Origin: the human T2T-CHM13v2.0 reference genome, Homo sapiens
Strand: one strand, 5' to 3'
Length of the DNA: 64,000 bases
Assembly (NCBI RefSeq): GCF_009914755.1
Contig: NC_060938.1
In this document: positions 63,305-64,000 of the stretch, one piece after another
Layout of the letters: every line of letters begins with the position of its first letter
Position numbering within the stretch: position 1 is the stretch's first letter
The notes under the pieces: model-generated
What the model saw: the letters and a program-made list of their open reading frames with translations, nothing else
The model's database searches: none
Told to the model about the DNA's origin: nothing
Program-made: the position numbers and the translations under genes

Positions 63305-64000
63305 TAAGAGAGCTATTATATTCCCAAATATGTTTATCTGCTAAGACTACAGAAAGCTGCCTCCCAAAGGACTTGTTTTTTCAAACTTAATCTGATGGGT
63401 CCAAGAGGAATGGAACCAACAAAAGCCATAAACTTACCTTCCCTCTTACCTATTGGATTGGTCTGGTCTTAATGGTCTGGAGTCATTCCTTATTTTTTTT
63501 TTAAATGTTCACAAACTGGACTTATCAGTGAGTATTGTCATTAGTAGTAATAATAAATGCTTACACTAACACTGTTGATTCTGTGGTCTCCTTCAGTTCA
63601 CAACTGGTAATCTCCCACATCTATTCCATTTCTAAGCTTTGAATTTAATTGCCTGAAATTATACTGTACCATAAAATTACCATGAGCCATATTTGCATCG
63701 TAGTTTGCTACAGTTTGTACTGGGCATGGTAACTTTTCTTAAACTCTTAAAAACATTAAGAATTGCTGTTTAAGCTTAAACTTCACAGTTAAGGTCTTGA
63801 AAGTTAAGAATTTGAATAAGAGAAACAAAAATTCTAGCTGAGGTTTGAACTTTATATCAATAGAAAATACTATTGCCTATTGGAGGTGCTGACACATAAG
63901 CATCTAAAGATCAGGAAGACTAGTCTGGACAGGATTCTTGATCCAGAAGTTTGCCTAGACAGCATCTTTCACATCCTCAAAGGTGATCTAGACGTTTTTT

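Overview
Primate, almost certainly human, genomic DNA that I recognise as the TOGARAM1-PRPF39-FKBP3 locus on chromosome 14q21. It holds the last five coding exons and 3' UTR of TOGARAM1 (FAM179B, + strand, 443-~20445). It holds the complete PRPF39 gene (+ strand): CpG-island promoter ~29.9-30.6 kb, non-coding exon 1, and 13 coding exons that splice to 2010 nt = 669 aa + stop. SNORD127 lies in PRPF39 intron 10, and the last exon of FKBP3 is on the - strand, converging tail-to-tail with PRPF39. The rest is dense Alu/L1/LTR/DNA-transposon sequence, including a full LTR12C-type solo LTR ~2.4 kb upstream of PRPF39. Almost all ORF-track ORFs are repeat-derived. I see no new protein-coding system. 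The most interesting signals are RNA-level. (1) Candidate stop-containing exons in PRPF39, one of which regenerates the exact upstream 5' splice site and one of which carries an in-frame alternative N-terminus. (2) A junction-spanning uORF ending 7 nt before the PRPF39 start. (3) A SNORD58B-like retrocopy with TSDs, in sense orientation in intron 1. (4) A tiny polyadenylated MER41-R-like retroposon. (5) Opposed PRPF39/FKBP3 poly(A) signals that point at the same cleavage zone. Gene and repeat names come from recall, not from a database search.
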